DNA of 63,964 bases, filler included, from Dimargaris cristalligena (Eukaryota): the NCBI GenBank assembly GCA_003614675.1. It is 4 parts of 4 records of this genome, joined end to end, with 100 filler letters (N's around TTAATTAATTAA, not from the genome) between each part and the next. Parts side by side here need not be neighbours in the genome. Positions count along the whole stretch, not along the records: positions 1 to 16,586 come from ML002840.1; positions 16,687 to 33,264 come from ML002841.1; 2 more parts are not named here. One strand, 5' to 3'. The notes below the pieces were generated by a model that was not told the DNA's origin, searched no databases, and saw only the letters and a program-made list of their open reading frames with translations. The translations under genes and the position numbers were made by a program. Shown here one piece after another: positions 12,985 through 25,555 of the stretch; the first letter of the stretch is position 1, and every line of letters begins with the position of its first letter.

Positions 12985-15900
12985 AATGAAAAGCAAAAAA
13001 GGAAAGCGAAAGCGAGACAAAAAACGCCCTATCCTGGCAATCACATAGACAATTGTATTCCTGGGCGTAATTCCCTTTAAGTAACCCTATTTACCATACC
13101 AACCAGTGATATAGACGTCCACAAATGCCTCGCCCTCAATGGTTGAACTTTTAGAGCTATTTTGTTCGGTAATATGAACACCTCATAAACTAGCGGCTGC
13201 TATTTGCAATTAATCGTTGGTTCCAGATTCAGGGCGTGCAACACGGTAGAGATAGTGTCGACCATATCAGCAGGGGGTGTCGGGTAAATTTTAATTGTAG
13301 GTAAACCTAATTTCACTTGATTAGCTCTATTCCCATTTTTTATAGGACCATGTATAATGGCTTATCGAGAGCTATATCTGCTGGATTTGTCTCTACTAGG
13401 TCACTGCCGATGGATTTAACGTAGACGGATGTATGGATAGCTACATACGATAACATAATATTTGCTTGACAATTCATAGCAGGTATCACATAATTGGAAA
13501 TTGGTAGTGTGATGATTCATTGTCGTAAATATGGACACGAATTAAAAGTAGAGTGTAAAGTATCAGAGGAAATTACCCCTGTTAATAAATTGGGGGTTAT
13601 CAGAATATCACCGGGAAAATATGCCAAAAAGCCAGCTTTACGTTTGGATGGTACATACACTCTATGTGGATTGTGATTATAAAAATTAAGGCCCGGTAAA
13701 CCACATGAGGGGTAATATGTCTTGGGATTGTATCGTAAAACTGGGCAAAAAGAGAAAAGACCAGTGCCTAACTAAATGGTTGAAGGCAGTCCTCCCATTA
13801 TAGGGATAACAAGGTTACATCGTTGCTTCCTAAAAGTGCATTATCCCCCTCTCGGACCGGACTATCTACCTATATCCCATTCTGTCGGAGCATGCCCCCC
13901 AATACCCATATACCTAAGATATTTGCCCGGTCCCATATTCACCTTAGCTCCTTGGGGGCTCATTCCTGTATCTCTAATTACACACCTACTGTTGGCATGC
14001 CACGGTACCGGATCTTTTATGAGCTCAATCCAGGGAGTTTGGTGTTAATATAGTTGAGTAAATGTACAGTTCCTTGATTTAAGGCGGTTGCGGTATGATA
14101 TGATTGTGGTTCTAAGTGAACCTATATTATGGTTAGTCGTACAGGAGTAGCTTTGTTCACCTACGCATTCCTCCCTCTTTTTTACATTTAGTTACATTAA
14201 GTGTATATTTCCGACTGCTTTACATTAACAGGCCTCACAACTCTTTCGCAACATGCCCTCGTTAACTACTCGGCCTTTGTAGATGACTGATAGACCAGGA
14301 TAAGATTATATAATTATATGTATCTAAATAATCATTCCATGTTGACTGTATAGTCCAACTCGTATATGATTAGGTGTCATTCACATAAATGACAATATTT
14401 CATACTAAATATAACAAAATACTCCGTTTCAGTTCAACTCTAAAAACTCCGGGGCAGCAGCCCACGATAACCACGAGTTGGGAAATTAATGCATGGACAC
14501 TTGGCCCAAAATGAACGCCAGGCAAAGTGGAAAATATTCATATATGATAATATCAAATTGTCCACACTACGCATGGCTACAAGGAGTCCGGGTCTGTATT
14601 GGACTGAGCCAAATAGCGCCAACCATTAGCTTATTGGCATATGTACTTCGCCTAGCATTTTACCACTGCAATACTCATTAGAGCTTCTTCCCTCGAAATC
14701 AAACTACCAATATAAACTCATCGGGAAATACCGACCCCTAACTGCCGATGACGCCTTTTAAGTCGACTGCTGACCTATTCTACCGGCCCAGGAATCTCCC
14801 CTTCCATCAGAAACATAAGATAGACATCAATACACTCCAATCGTTCCACCCCATTTCCTTGCCACTATCAACACCACCTTAGCGGGCTCCCTTAATCTTA
14901 CGCCCTCGGTACACCAACACACTCTTTGCCCATTCGGGGCGTAGCCTTCTCTCTCCCCCTCTCCAAAAAAAAATAGAAAAAAAAATCAATTCCCGCCCCA
15001 ATGACTTTGACCTAGCTGGGTTTACAGACCTCGTTGCCCATGGAAAAATTAAACTGGCCGGACACTGCAGAGGGCCGTTGCCCTAAAAGACTTGGCGTCT
15101 TTGGCTTTCATTGTGGCGTAGAGATTGGTGCCGTCTCCCACTCTCGACATTCCATGAATTTTAAACTAGGCCAAGTTCCCAAAGCGCCCCCATTTTCTCC
15201 CGAGCACTCGACGATGCCTTTGTGGCCAACCGGGCCCCTTTGTATTCCTACCGAACCTACGAATAGGAATCCGAGGTCTCCCTTTTCTATCCAAAGTTCA
15301 AGCCTTAGAGTATAGTTATTTTGCGAGAAATACAAGCCTCCCAAGTGCTACGTTTATCACTGGCTGCGTGTTCCTAATTGGCCGTTAATTTGAAAAAGGG
15401 GGGAGGGAAGCTTCTTTATGGCAAATTATCGGCAACTACGGTAGTTTTCTACGCCTCAGTTGCTATATACCATTGGTTTGAAAAGGCAGGTGGGGCTAAG
15501 TACAGAGAGATGCTCAAGAGTACCGCCAGCTGTTTACAGTGATACAGAGTCCACAGCCGTTGCATCAAGGAACATCTGCCGTGTAACCAATGTCCCATCC
15601 TTTTTCAAATGGCTATAGGCTGCTCCGTCGTCATTCCAATGGCAAAGAGGCCAAAGGTAAAAACGGTATGGCTATTATGTAGGTGGTAGGGTTAGGGGTG
15701 CTATACCCCTTTGCAAACGAGGTGTTGTGGGTTTAGTGAGGAGTATTTCGTAAACTGTAACCCTCTTCAGTAATTGCAATAAAAATAGGGCCCATGGTGG
15801 GTAAGAAGAGGCGAAACCCACATATGGTCTATCCGTTGCTAATAGGCGAGAGTAGCTGGATACTAAATACAGGTTTTTAGTTAAATTTAACCAATTATCC

Positions 15901-16314
15901 AAAATGAGGGTTTATAGTATCTGCCTAATTGCTCATCCAAGTCTCCCTCCCCTTCCCATGCAGCACCCCATTTCCCCTTTCTCTGCATAGCCAACCAATG
16001 GTTCTTGAATGAACCTTTTTCGGGACTCGCTGGTGTATGTAAGTTTCCCTAGGACTATCCCTCTGCACTACCAACCACTCGGACCGGAATATTCAGTTTA
16101 AGGCGGTGCAACCAGTAAGGGTAGAGCTAAGCCATTTGGCTCTTTTTAGAAGCTAAATGAGGTTTCACCCACACATAGAAATGCCCCGGGGACTTTTGCT
16201 AAGCCATAAGCATTGTTAAAAAGCCTGCACCTGTTGGGGTGGTTGAATTAAAGATAGGCCGTGCTAGAAGTAGGACAAGGATGTTTCGAGGTAAATTCGC
16301 CAATGTGGTCATGC

Positions 16315-16586
16315 TTGTCACCTGAGTTAACCACTCTTAGTCCGTCAAGAGTCTCGGGGATAGGCTTCTAATGGTAGGCAGGGTATTGGGCATGGCCAAG
16401 CGGGCTACTAGTGTTAGGGCAGGCTGTACTAACCTAATAAAGCGAGTGTCCAATGTGTATGCAGGGGACGTGCACCGATGCACACTTACTAGTCAGTATG
16501 GGGGGTGAGCGTATATAGGGTTTATTGAGGTAACTAAGGGGTCAGAATAAGCTAAGGTATTAACCAGTCCCCATGGGGGGCCCGGT
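16315..16586 (+). repeat. Dispersed repeat (TE remnant), homologous to the reverse complement of 33890-34411; runs into the gap
   Basis: Shared blocks gttaaccactcttagtcc, ggataggcttc.aatggtagg, gggctactagtgt, cacacttact and agaataagcta. Confidence 0.8.
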
Positions 16587-16686
16587 NNNNNNNNNNNNNN
16601 NNNNNNNNNNNNNNNNNNNNNNNNNNNNNNTTAATTAATTAANNNNNNNNNNNNNNNNNNNNNNNNNNNNNNNNNNNNNNNNNNNN
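16587..16686. other. Artificial contig linker
   Basis: 44 N + TTAATTAATTAA (stop codons in all six frames) + 44 N. Confidence 0.98.
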
Positions 16687-16773
16687 AAATCGATGGATGG
16701 ATAGTCGTGAATGGTTCGAAAACGAGTAGCCAAAAATTTGGCTACATAAAAATGAAGCAAACAAAAATAAGAT

Positions 16774-16846
16774 GCCTGTTTGGCTCAGTTGGCAGAGCGT
16801 CTGCCTAGTAAGCAGAAGGTCTTCAGTTCGATTCTGGAAATAGGCA
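16774..16846 (+). tRNA. tRNA-Thr(AGT), intronless
   Basis: Acceptor GCCTGTT/AATAGGC plus discriminator A; D-arm GCTC-AGTTGGCA-GAGC; anticodon stem TCTGC/GCAGA with loop CT-AGT-AA; T-arm TTCAG-TTCGATT-CTGGA. Confidence 0.95.
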
Positions 16847-16848
16847 AA

Positions 16849-16857
16849 TTTTTTTTT
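16849..16857 (+). terminator. Pol III oligo-T terminator of tRNA-Thr
   Basis: T9 run 2 nt after the discriminator base. Confidence 0.85.
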
Positions 16858-17579
16858 CGGGTTTTTATAGGACTTTTGATCTAGTTTGGTATGAATATAA
16901 TGATGTATTATAACTTAGCTTAACTAAAATAAGGTAAGAGGGGGGGCTGGGTTCCTCTAACGATAATAAGTTAAATTAAATTTTGGTTTTAGATGATTCC
17001 TTTACCAGTTTAGTAGGTTGTTCTATATACAGGGCAGTAGTATAAGACATCTTTGAAGATAGACTTAATAAAAGAGGTTATATTGAATAGGTTGATTTAG
17101 TATTTTTGGCATTGTAGTTAGCACTATTATTCGCCGGATTTATAATTGCGAAGTTGGTTAAAAGGGTTGAGTAGTATAAGAAGGGTACCGAGTAAATCGG
17201 TCGAGACTTGTCTTAGTATTCGGGCCTTGCGGGGATTTTGTAGCGAGGGATGGCGAATGAAAGGGAGGGGAGATGTGGATATATACATGTGATTCTAATT
17301 CATGGCTGTGTAGTTTTCCAGTTGGGTTGGAGTTCTTTAGTAAGAGACCACCACTACTTCTGTTATATGGGGGGAGCGCGGGCGGTTTTTTTCACGGTCG
17401 CGGCAGATTATTCTTCCAGGGCTAATTATAATACAAGAGGAGACTATTCCGCGGATTGATCCTACTGACTGATTCCAATCGATGCGGAGTTTGCTGGTCT
17501 AGACAATATCTGTGGACCTTCTAGGCAGTCAGTGGGCGCGCCCGACCGCTTCCTTCCAACAACCCGGTTTCCTCACACC

Positions 17580-17603
17580 CTCTCTCTCTCTCTCTCTCTC
17601 TCT
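17580..17603. repeat. (CT)n microsatellite
   Basis: Perfect CT run at the start of the pyrimidine-rich region upstream of the C2H2 gene. Confidence 0.85.
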
Positions 17604-19236
17604 TTTTCCTCGCCCGGGCGGTTTGTTCAGTCCAGTTCCCATCCCGTCTTACTTTCCAGTGGTCTTGCCCATTGCGACTTGTGGTCGTCTCTCCTTGCCT
17701 TCTTTTTATATATTGAGCTAGTTCTTCCCTTCTTAACAGTTCCCCCCGCCCGCCCATTGACGACCGCAAGGAGGCCCCTGACTGACCTGACCCGAGCTTA
17801 CGACCCCCGGTACTATCTGCCTGCTCCGTTTTCGCGTGGCCGATATCCGCGCTATTGCTTCTCCTCTCCCCTTGCGCTCCCATTGGAAGTCTACACGTCC
17901 GCATTTCCTTTGCCAAGCTTTCTATCTATCGGCTATTTTGCCCGCTATATACTTTAGGGTTACCGGTAGTAGTAGCAGTAGCTCCGCTTTACTGCTTCCG
18001 CCTTGCCCGAGTTTCCGCCCTTTTTTCATTTTTATGTGATCATTCTTGCCTAGAGCGCATCATCGGTATCTTCTATTTCTATTGGTTGGTGCAGTCACTG
18101 CCCGATAAAAAACCCAGTTGCTACTTCGAAGCGGGCAGGATTTCTCTCGCTTGGTAGTCCAGCCACCACCCCGGCTATTGGTTAATCTTCCTAGAAAGTC
18201 CGAATTGGGCTGGTTTGGCCACTCTCGCTACTTCTGGATAATCAGTCCAAGAAGGTTATTTATTAGCGCTCTTCTAGCCACAGTCGCCCATACACTCTGC
18301 CGACCTGGCCACTGTCCAATAGCGCACCCCCCGACCTTGTCTATGTTTGTCTCGCTCATTATCCACTACCCCGATTCACCGCTGCCTTCAGTGTCAATCT
18401 CTCCCCCCTGCCACTATTGGCCGTCCTCAGAGCCCTGCAACTCGCGTCCATTTTGGCTGGGGCCCTCTCGTATTTCCGTCTTCCATATTTATTTTCCAGT
18501 TTGCCAGTCATTCTTAAGAAGGACGCTGAATATCGCTGCGGTGGTGTGTGTGTCTGGCTGTTTTCGATTTTTTCAACCCTTCGGCATACTCTCTCCTGAG
18601 TGATTCGCTGGCGTTCATGCCCTCCACCCTCCTTGTGCATCAAGCCGTTCCTCCGCTGCCCTTGGTCCGGCCAAGTGTATCCGTTGTACAGCCGCCTCCC
18701 CTGTAGGGTCTACTTCGTAAGTGATGGAGCGTAATCATCCTCATCTAGTAAATATTTTATACTCGAATTCACCGCCGTATCCAGGGCCTCTCTTTCTCTC
18801 TATATATCTATCCAATACCCCAACTACGGCGGGGGGCGTTCTTTCGTCTCTCTGGTTTAGCGGACTTCGTTCCAACATTGGCTCTCGGATATGCTAGCCA
18901 ACCAAATATACTGTGGATGAAATGCCTAGCCGAGGACCGGTCGGCACCTCCTCCTGAGCGGTTCGCTGCTGTCTTCCATCGACTAACCCATACGTTGCCC
19001 ACTTTCCCAACCTCCATGTCCCACTGTAATGTGGGAACTGCTTCCCGCGGTACCAAATCCCCTCCATTCGTCTATTATTATTGTTATCTCGCCTTTTTAG
19101 ATTGGGCATTTTACCCCGAATTCGATAGCAAAAGTGAGAGAGAGAGAAAGAGAGAGAGAGAGAGGGAGTGAGTGTGTGTTCGTGTGTGTATCACCCCTTC
19201 GCCAACCGACACAATTGGTTCTAATCCTGGCTCTCG

Positions 19237-21174
19237 ATGCGTCACGACCCAACCGATACGCCCGATGGTGTATCAAATCAAACAGCTCCGAGCGGCAGCG
19301 GCCCGGCCGTCGGGGCATTGGACCCGGGCCCTTCATCTACGCTCCTGGATAATCCCGAATTCAAGGCCTCCCTAAATCGTCTGCAGCAGGCCCGCCGTGC
19401 CGCCAACACCCCCACCCACAGCCCGCGGACGTCCCCGACGCGCACCACCGCCCCCTCGACCGGCAATGAGAACAAACGCCCCAAAATTTACCCATGTAAC
19501 CACTGTGGCAAAATGTTCGATCGCCCCAGCTCACTCAACGTGCACATGAACAGTCATACCGGCGATAAGCCGCACATTTGCTATTTCCCTGGCTGTGATC
19601 AGCGCTTCTCGGTGCTGAGTAATCTGCGACGCCACCAGCGGTCCCGCCACAACCCCGATAAGAACGCTTACCTGGCGGAGCTCTCCCAGGGTGAAGTCAT
19701 TGAGTTTCTCAATCAGGCCGCCGCGGAGGCCGGGCGACCCCCCATCGAACCACTTAAACTAGCCCCGCCCAATGCCATACCCTATCCCCAGCCGGATAGA
19801 CAAAAGAACCTGATCGCCCTGGGTCTCTTTTCGTCCGACATCACCGATGTGCGGCAGGCCGATAACCGTAAACGGGCCGCACGTAGGACAAAAAACCGGG
19901 TCCAGAAACCCATCGTCAAAATCCATCCCCTCGATGCCGCCAACGATATGGCTCGGCGGCGTGCCGAGAGGGAGGCCCTCAAAAATAACAAGGCCCTCCC
20001 TCCCCCGGCTCCCAAAATGACCGTGGAACAGATAAAGGTTCATAATATTCGCCGGTTGGGGCGACGCCCTTCCAATCCGGGTGCGGTGGATTACCCTAGT
20101 CTTTACGAGGTCCCCCGCGGGTTGGGATTTCCCGTTTTTGGCCCCCACACTCCTGGGATGCCGATTCAGAGGCCACTAGTGAACCTCCGCTATGCCACCC
20201 ATCGACCAACCCCCCTGCTAGGGGATGCTCCTTCTAGCTCGACGGTCCCGCAGAATACCGCTGCAGTAGCTGGGGCTGGTATTAGACCTCCACCCACGGT
20301 AGTTCCGCATTCTTACCTACCACTACAGTCGCAATCCCAGGTCCACGTACAACAGCAACAGCAACAGCAACATCACCCCATGTCACAGAAACACCCCTCG
20401 ACCTTTTCAAACATAGGCCCGTTTTCCCCCCAAATGTTTATGTCCTCCGCAGCCTCTAATATGATGATGCCCACGGGGCCCCACTCCCTTATTCCCCCAC
20501 TACTGGGGCCACCTCCTTCACCCCCCATCGCCCTGCCGCCACAGTCATCGCCCTATCCGTCGATGGACCAGTTGCCTTATATGTCCGCCCTGGGCCCTAC
20601 TGGTACTGAGCATCACCACCCCCCTTCCATGGCGGGTACCACACTTCAGTCCTCCTTCTCGCCGTATCTCACCATGGGCATGGATCCCCGGCTCTTTCCG
20701 GCTCCGCCCTCGCCACTGGGCTGGCCTCCACCCCCTTCCTCCCCGGTTGCTCCCTACCCTCCCGAAATGTACACTAGCGGCATGATTCCCATGTCCATCG
20801 CTGGCGGTGTTCCGGTATCCAATATCCACACTCACACTAACGAAGTCCCGGCGGGTTACTCCCCCAATATAGCGGTGCTGCCCCGCTCCAGTCCGCACGA
20901 CCCTCAGCACCAACAGCAACGCCATCCCCACCAGGGCTATGATCCGCGCTTCTTTTATCCGTTTGCCTTGACGCCCCAAGCGGGCCTGTTTCCATCCGGG
21001 GGGGCCGGTATGCCTGGCCTTATGCAGATGCCCCCACCCCACCCCTCTTCAACCGCCACCTCCCCCATCCCCCAAATGGCCCCCCGCCACCCCCCAGCTG
21101 GGAACCGAGCGCCCCGTAATCGAGGTCCCTATGACTCGCCCCCACCAGACGGCCTCCCATCACCCCCCGGCTAG
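19237..21174 (+). CDS. C2H2 zinc-finger transcription factor with Pro/Gln-rich C-terminus, 645 aa
   Basis: Two fingers, YPCNHCGKMFDRPSSLNVHMNSH and HICYFPGCDQRFSVLSNLRRHQRSRH, joined by a TGDKP linker; basic NLS-like RKRAARR; polyQ tract. Confidence 0.9.
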   Translation: MRHDPTDTPDGVSNQTAPSGSGPAVGALDPGPSSTLLDNPEFKASLNRLQQARRAANTPTHSPRTSPTRTTAPSTGNENKRPKIYPCNHCGKMFDRPSSLNVHMNSHTGDKPHICYFPGCDQRFSVLSNLRRHQRSRHNPDKNAYLAELSQGEVIEFLNQAAAEAGRPPIEPLKLAPPNAIPYPQPDRQKNLIALGLFSSDITDVRQADNRKRAARRTKNRVQKPIVKIHPLDAANDMARRRAEREALKNNKALPPPAPKMTVEQIKVHNIRRLGRRPSNPGAVDYPSLYEVPRGLGFPVFGPHTPGMPIQRPLVNLRYATHRPTPLLGDAPSSSTVPQNTAAVAGAGIRPPPTVVPHSYLPLQSQSQVHVQQQQQQQHHPMSQKHPSTFSNIGPFSPQMFMSSAASNMMMPTGPHSLIPPLLGPPPSPPIALPPQSSPYPSMDQLPYMSALGPTGTEHHHPPSMAGTTLQSSFSPYLTMGMDPRLFPAPPSPLGWPPPPSSPVAPYPPEMYTSGMIPMSIAGGVPVSNIHTHTNEVPAGYSPNIAVLPRSSPHDPQHQQQRHPHQGYDPRFFYPFALTPQAGLFPSGGAGMPGLMQMPPPHPSSTATSPIPQMAPRHPPAGNRAPRNRGPYDSPPPDGLPSPPG

Positions 21175-23829
21175 AGTGAATTAGGTTCTAACCCGAAATA
21201 TAGCCAAATGGATCCTAAAGAGAGACCCGGGGGGCACTGGTGCTTAACTCTAGTCTGGGTTAAATAAGTTGGTCCTGTGGAGAGCTTTAGGCTGACGCTT
21301 AAAAGTACCAGATTGGACTACTCTTAATCCCCAGCGATGGTTAGGTGTGTAGCTTCGATTGGTTTACCGTAGACGCGACTAGCCAACTGAACCATGCCAT
21401 CCTCGATTACAACCGCAACGGAATCTTCGATTTCATCGTGCGAGGTTTAACTTCAAAAGGAGGTAGGACAGGGGAAGGTGATCTACCTTACCCCCGGTAA
21501 ACTAACCGAATTGCATGGATATGGTGTTGAATTCTACAGGGTATTCTTGGCATCTAGCTGAATTTGATTTTCCGAGACTCGGCCTGATGCATACTATAGC
21601 CCTGTTCGGTTGACGAATAACGCAAATGTCCGCCGGACGTGAGCATCCCCGGTTCTGTAATTAAGAGATTCCTATCCACAATTTTCCCCGAGGTTTGCCC
21701 GACTCCTTCTGTGCTGCGTCCCTTACCCTTGGAGATTGGTCAGTGTGACACCGGCAGCCTCAATATATCCCACCGAATATTGAAATGGCTATCCAACTCC
21801 ACTGGGGGTGGGTGGTACCTACCGCAAAGAATGAGGCGGTAGCTAATGTGAGCTCATCATTTTATTATTTCTCCATCATCGGTCCCTCTTCCCCCATTAC
21901 CATTATTTTCTTGTTACATTTTTCCGGCGGCGATTGGTTTTAAGTGACATGGTTGTTTTGTAAATTAACCTGGCCCAATATGTGCATTCGCTCTTGTTTA
22001 TTTGCCTTCACTGCATCATTCTTCCCATTGTTTAATTCGTCAAATAATGTTTTATTGTTTGTTTCTCCTTGAAAATAATTATAGATTAGTTTAATTTAGT
22101 ATTCGTTTGTTTAGAATTTATCTTTACTTCCCCACCCTTCATTTCCATTTTTTAAAAATATATATTCAAAAAATACTAATTATCGTATATGGACACTCGC
22201 GCGAACCTCGTTGAATTACACATTTAATAAAAGTTGGAGGGATATGGCCTCGAAGGCGCCCGTCTATATTTATTGTAAGATTGGTCGGACTTTGTTTTAG
22301 AATATAGGGTTTTTAAGTAGCGACAGTCAGTGGAATACTGATGAAAATGAGTGTTCTGCCCATCTAAGAGATATTTCCATCCTGGTCGTTAGGCCGAATA
22401 TCGATTAACGTATTCACTCAGTACTTAAGCATAATGGTACCTCTCTCCCCCCTAGTCATAGTTGCTTGAAAACTGCAAATAACTGCGAATTCATGTTCCC
22501 CAGACTAAGCCCCCGAATTTATATATTCGTTGCATTGACGATCACCATTACACTGTATATGATCATCCGCGATTGGAATTGGTACGATTGTCGCTGGGAG
22601 CGGCCAAGGGGGGCTGGTACACGACATTGCTATTCAAAAATACCCCCCAATAAAGATGATTTAGGAACATCCTCTCTTTTATTTTTCTTCTTCAAAACAT
22701 AAAGAGGAGGAAATTCATTCGGATCTCCCCTTTCTAACTCAAGGGAGTTTCCCTCGAAGAGAAAGACCACTACTCTCCGCCTCTCTAATACAGGCCGGGA
22801 CGATACTGGTAGTGTATATGGAGGTATCGGCATCTAATCAACCCCCTGGTGCCGATCATTTGCCGGTGGTAGCCTAATATTACAACCCCTCGCAACCAAC
22901 GAACCGCATGGAAACCTACAATTAGTCGGGGCCTCTAATGGACCCATTGCCGAATTTAAATAAAAGAACGTGCATTGCCGGTTACGGCTGTAACGTATTT
23001 TTTCTTCTGGTACTGTAAGTACGAACCGAGAAATTTCTTACCGCGAGTTCCTCTTTTGTATTTCTAGCGCCATGGATCAGTGAGGCGGGCGTCCTACTCC
23101 GAGGCATGGGCTAACCCAATAACCATTCTACCTTGGCGATTATCCCACTTTCCTAGACCTCCGCCAAGTCTGTTTCCTCGTTCAGCTTAACATCCCCAGA
23201 GCCATGTAGATTGCTTACCTCAAGGTCAACTTTGCCTTGGTTAATGGGTTCTTTATTTTCCACCGCTTATCCAGGCTGGCCTATGTCCAATTTGTTTCCG
23301 ACATGGTTAAACTCGGCGATATTTGGAATCGCATGTTGAGCAACATGCGATTACAAGATGGCTTAGTTTCAGTGCTGTTGTCCGGTACACCAATTATTGA
23401 CTGATTGGTAGTTGGTGTGATCCTACTATTAAATACATTATATTAGTTATATTCGCTAACTATGGTATAATAAATCAGCCGCAGTATGGGGGCAGTTGGA
23501 TACTCCTGGGTAGTCAGCATCAGCGATGTATCGTGACCACCCTCCGAACTTGCGCTGCTACTCTGTTGCCCTAGTATGTTTTTTTTTCATCCTACTCGAA
23601 ATATATTTCCCTAGAACTCTTTATATACGACCGCTGCTGTGAAATATCTTGATTTTTCAGCCGCTTTCTATTATATTTTAACAACCCTATCCGCTTTGCA
23701 GGGGGATAGAACTTTTTATTGAACCTGGCTTGGCACTCTATTTCGCAATCGACTTGGCAAGGATGAAGCACCATGGCCCCTAGGGAAATTAGTAAGCCCG
23801 CCTCCACCCACATCACCCATATTATAGTG

Positions 23830-23975
23830 CATATGGGTGAAATTCAACCCCACCATACAGGATTTTGAGTGATATGTGTATGAGTAAATTGGCAGGATGA
23901 CTATATTTAACCACTAATGGCAGCCTCATAAACCGGGCTTTTTGCTTTATGGTCTGGTTGAACCTCTTCCATATG
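23830..23975 (+). mobile_element. MITE-like element, diverged full-length copy
   Basis: Starts catatgggtgaaattc and ends gaacctcttccatatg; internally colinear with 40179-40323. Confidence 0.7.
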
Positions 23976-24599
23976 ATCGAGTAAAAATCGTACCCAGGGA
24001 TATCCCCTTATTCGCTTAATACCCTCTCTCGAAAATATATTCCTGTCGACGCCTGTACTGCACTATGTAAAAAGGGTTTTAATTCTGCCCCACCCAATCT
24101 AGTCGGTGGGCTAGCGAAATGAACCCTGTTAGTTTTTCGGGAAATAATGCTAATGCAGGGTCTCCCAGGGACGATGGGGTCGATGGGGGGGGTCCTACTT
24201 GGACGTATATCACGAACTAAATGCCATTACCACCAGCCATTCGGTTAAATGTAATTTCAAAAATTACAGTTTGGCATCCTCCGCATAAATGCTGAGCCGC
24301 TCAGTACGGGAATTTGTATTGATCCACCGGCTGAATCTGATCGATGTCCCTGAAAATGACTTTTCAAGATATCATCGTCCTACGGGGTTCATGCGCACCG
24401 CCACTTCGCGCAGTTACAGCCCAGCTAGTAGTTTTTATTTAAGGCCCAACATAACTATTCCGCTAAGTTTATCATTAATAGTGGAAACCTTTATAGTAGG
24501 AAAACCTGTGATGTCGTCAATAATCTCGTTTTAAGTGGTCAATACGCATGCAGCATACATATCCAATAATAAGTATTTCGCCAATAAATGAATACTTGC

Positions 24600-24717
24600 A
24601 AATCGGCCCGGCTGTATAGGAGTTTAAAATACATGTGTATGGGATAATAGGAGGGGGGAATTCATTTTCGACCAGTAACATTTGTGTTATACAACTTTGT
24701 CGAACCTTTCCCATATG
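24600..24717 (+). mobile_element. MITE-like element, 5'-eroded copy
   Basis: ggctgtatagg..tttaa..atgtgtatggga...cattttc...gttatacaac...gaacctttcccatatg is colinear with the other copies. Confidence 0.6.
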
Positions 24718-25555
24718 GAAATATAGAAGCATAAAAAAATGGAAACATAGTTTAGCGAGCTCTGCAATCTCCAGAGCTCTTTCAATCTGCTGATCCTAGA
24801 TTTGTACATGGCTCTCCTCACACTGTGATATTATGGGTAGGTTGATAGGTTGGTAGTACTCGCAAAGCCTTGGGTGGTTGGCAGTTTATCAAGGGACTCT
24901 TATGGAGCACGTTGGTATTCGAGTCGTACGAGCAACACGGATAATATGAGAGGAGTAAAGTGTCATTTGATTCTCGATATAATGACGAGGATCCTTATGA
25001 TCGGCTTAATGGTGGTGGGACGAATCCCCGATCGTACGGCTGTAAAAACCATTGACTCTCAAAGGGCTAATCTAGGGATATTCGAGTACATAGCGGCAGT
25101 CCTCCACCCATTTTTAGCCTGTTGGATTGCCTAAACCGTATATCACCATCTTCCACCCATTCACCTCCATCATATATACTGGTACCATTCCTTCGGACGA
25201 GTAACCGGCGTTCATGATTAAATACTTTTTTTTTTCAACAATTACAGTTACTTTTCGGTCGGCTAACCTACATACAGTTTACTACTCTTAGCTATAGCTG
25301 CAGCCTATGGCCAGCTCAGTTATTTAACTAGCAATTGTTTACTCCTTTACAATATTTATCATTTTATACTTCGCCATGAGTTATTATTTACAAACATCCC
25401 ATTCATTTTTCTCTATATAATAGATCCCGAAACCTTACGTACTACCGCATCTACAACCACTGGCTACGCATGTAATACCCCCCTCCACCCTTTTACCAAC
25501 TTTGTATATTAACCGACCACATTCGGCTCGTTTTTCCCCAACTCTTATATCCAGT

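Noticed and set aside
13000-16300. Short ORFs in the long intergenic stretches (also 21200-25500 and 34800-36200)
   Set aside because: No recognisable domains, codon bias or coherent exon chains.
16631-16642. TTAATTAATTAA palindrome repeated three times (also 33309-33320 and 49951-49962)
   Set aside because: Always centred in 44+44 Ns; an artificial six-frame-stop linker, not biology.
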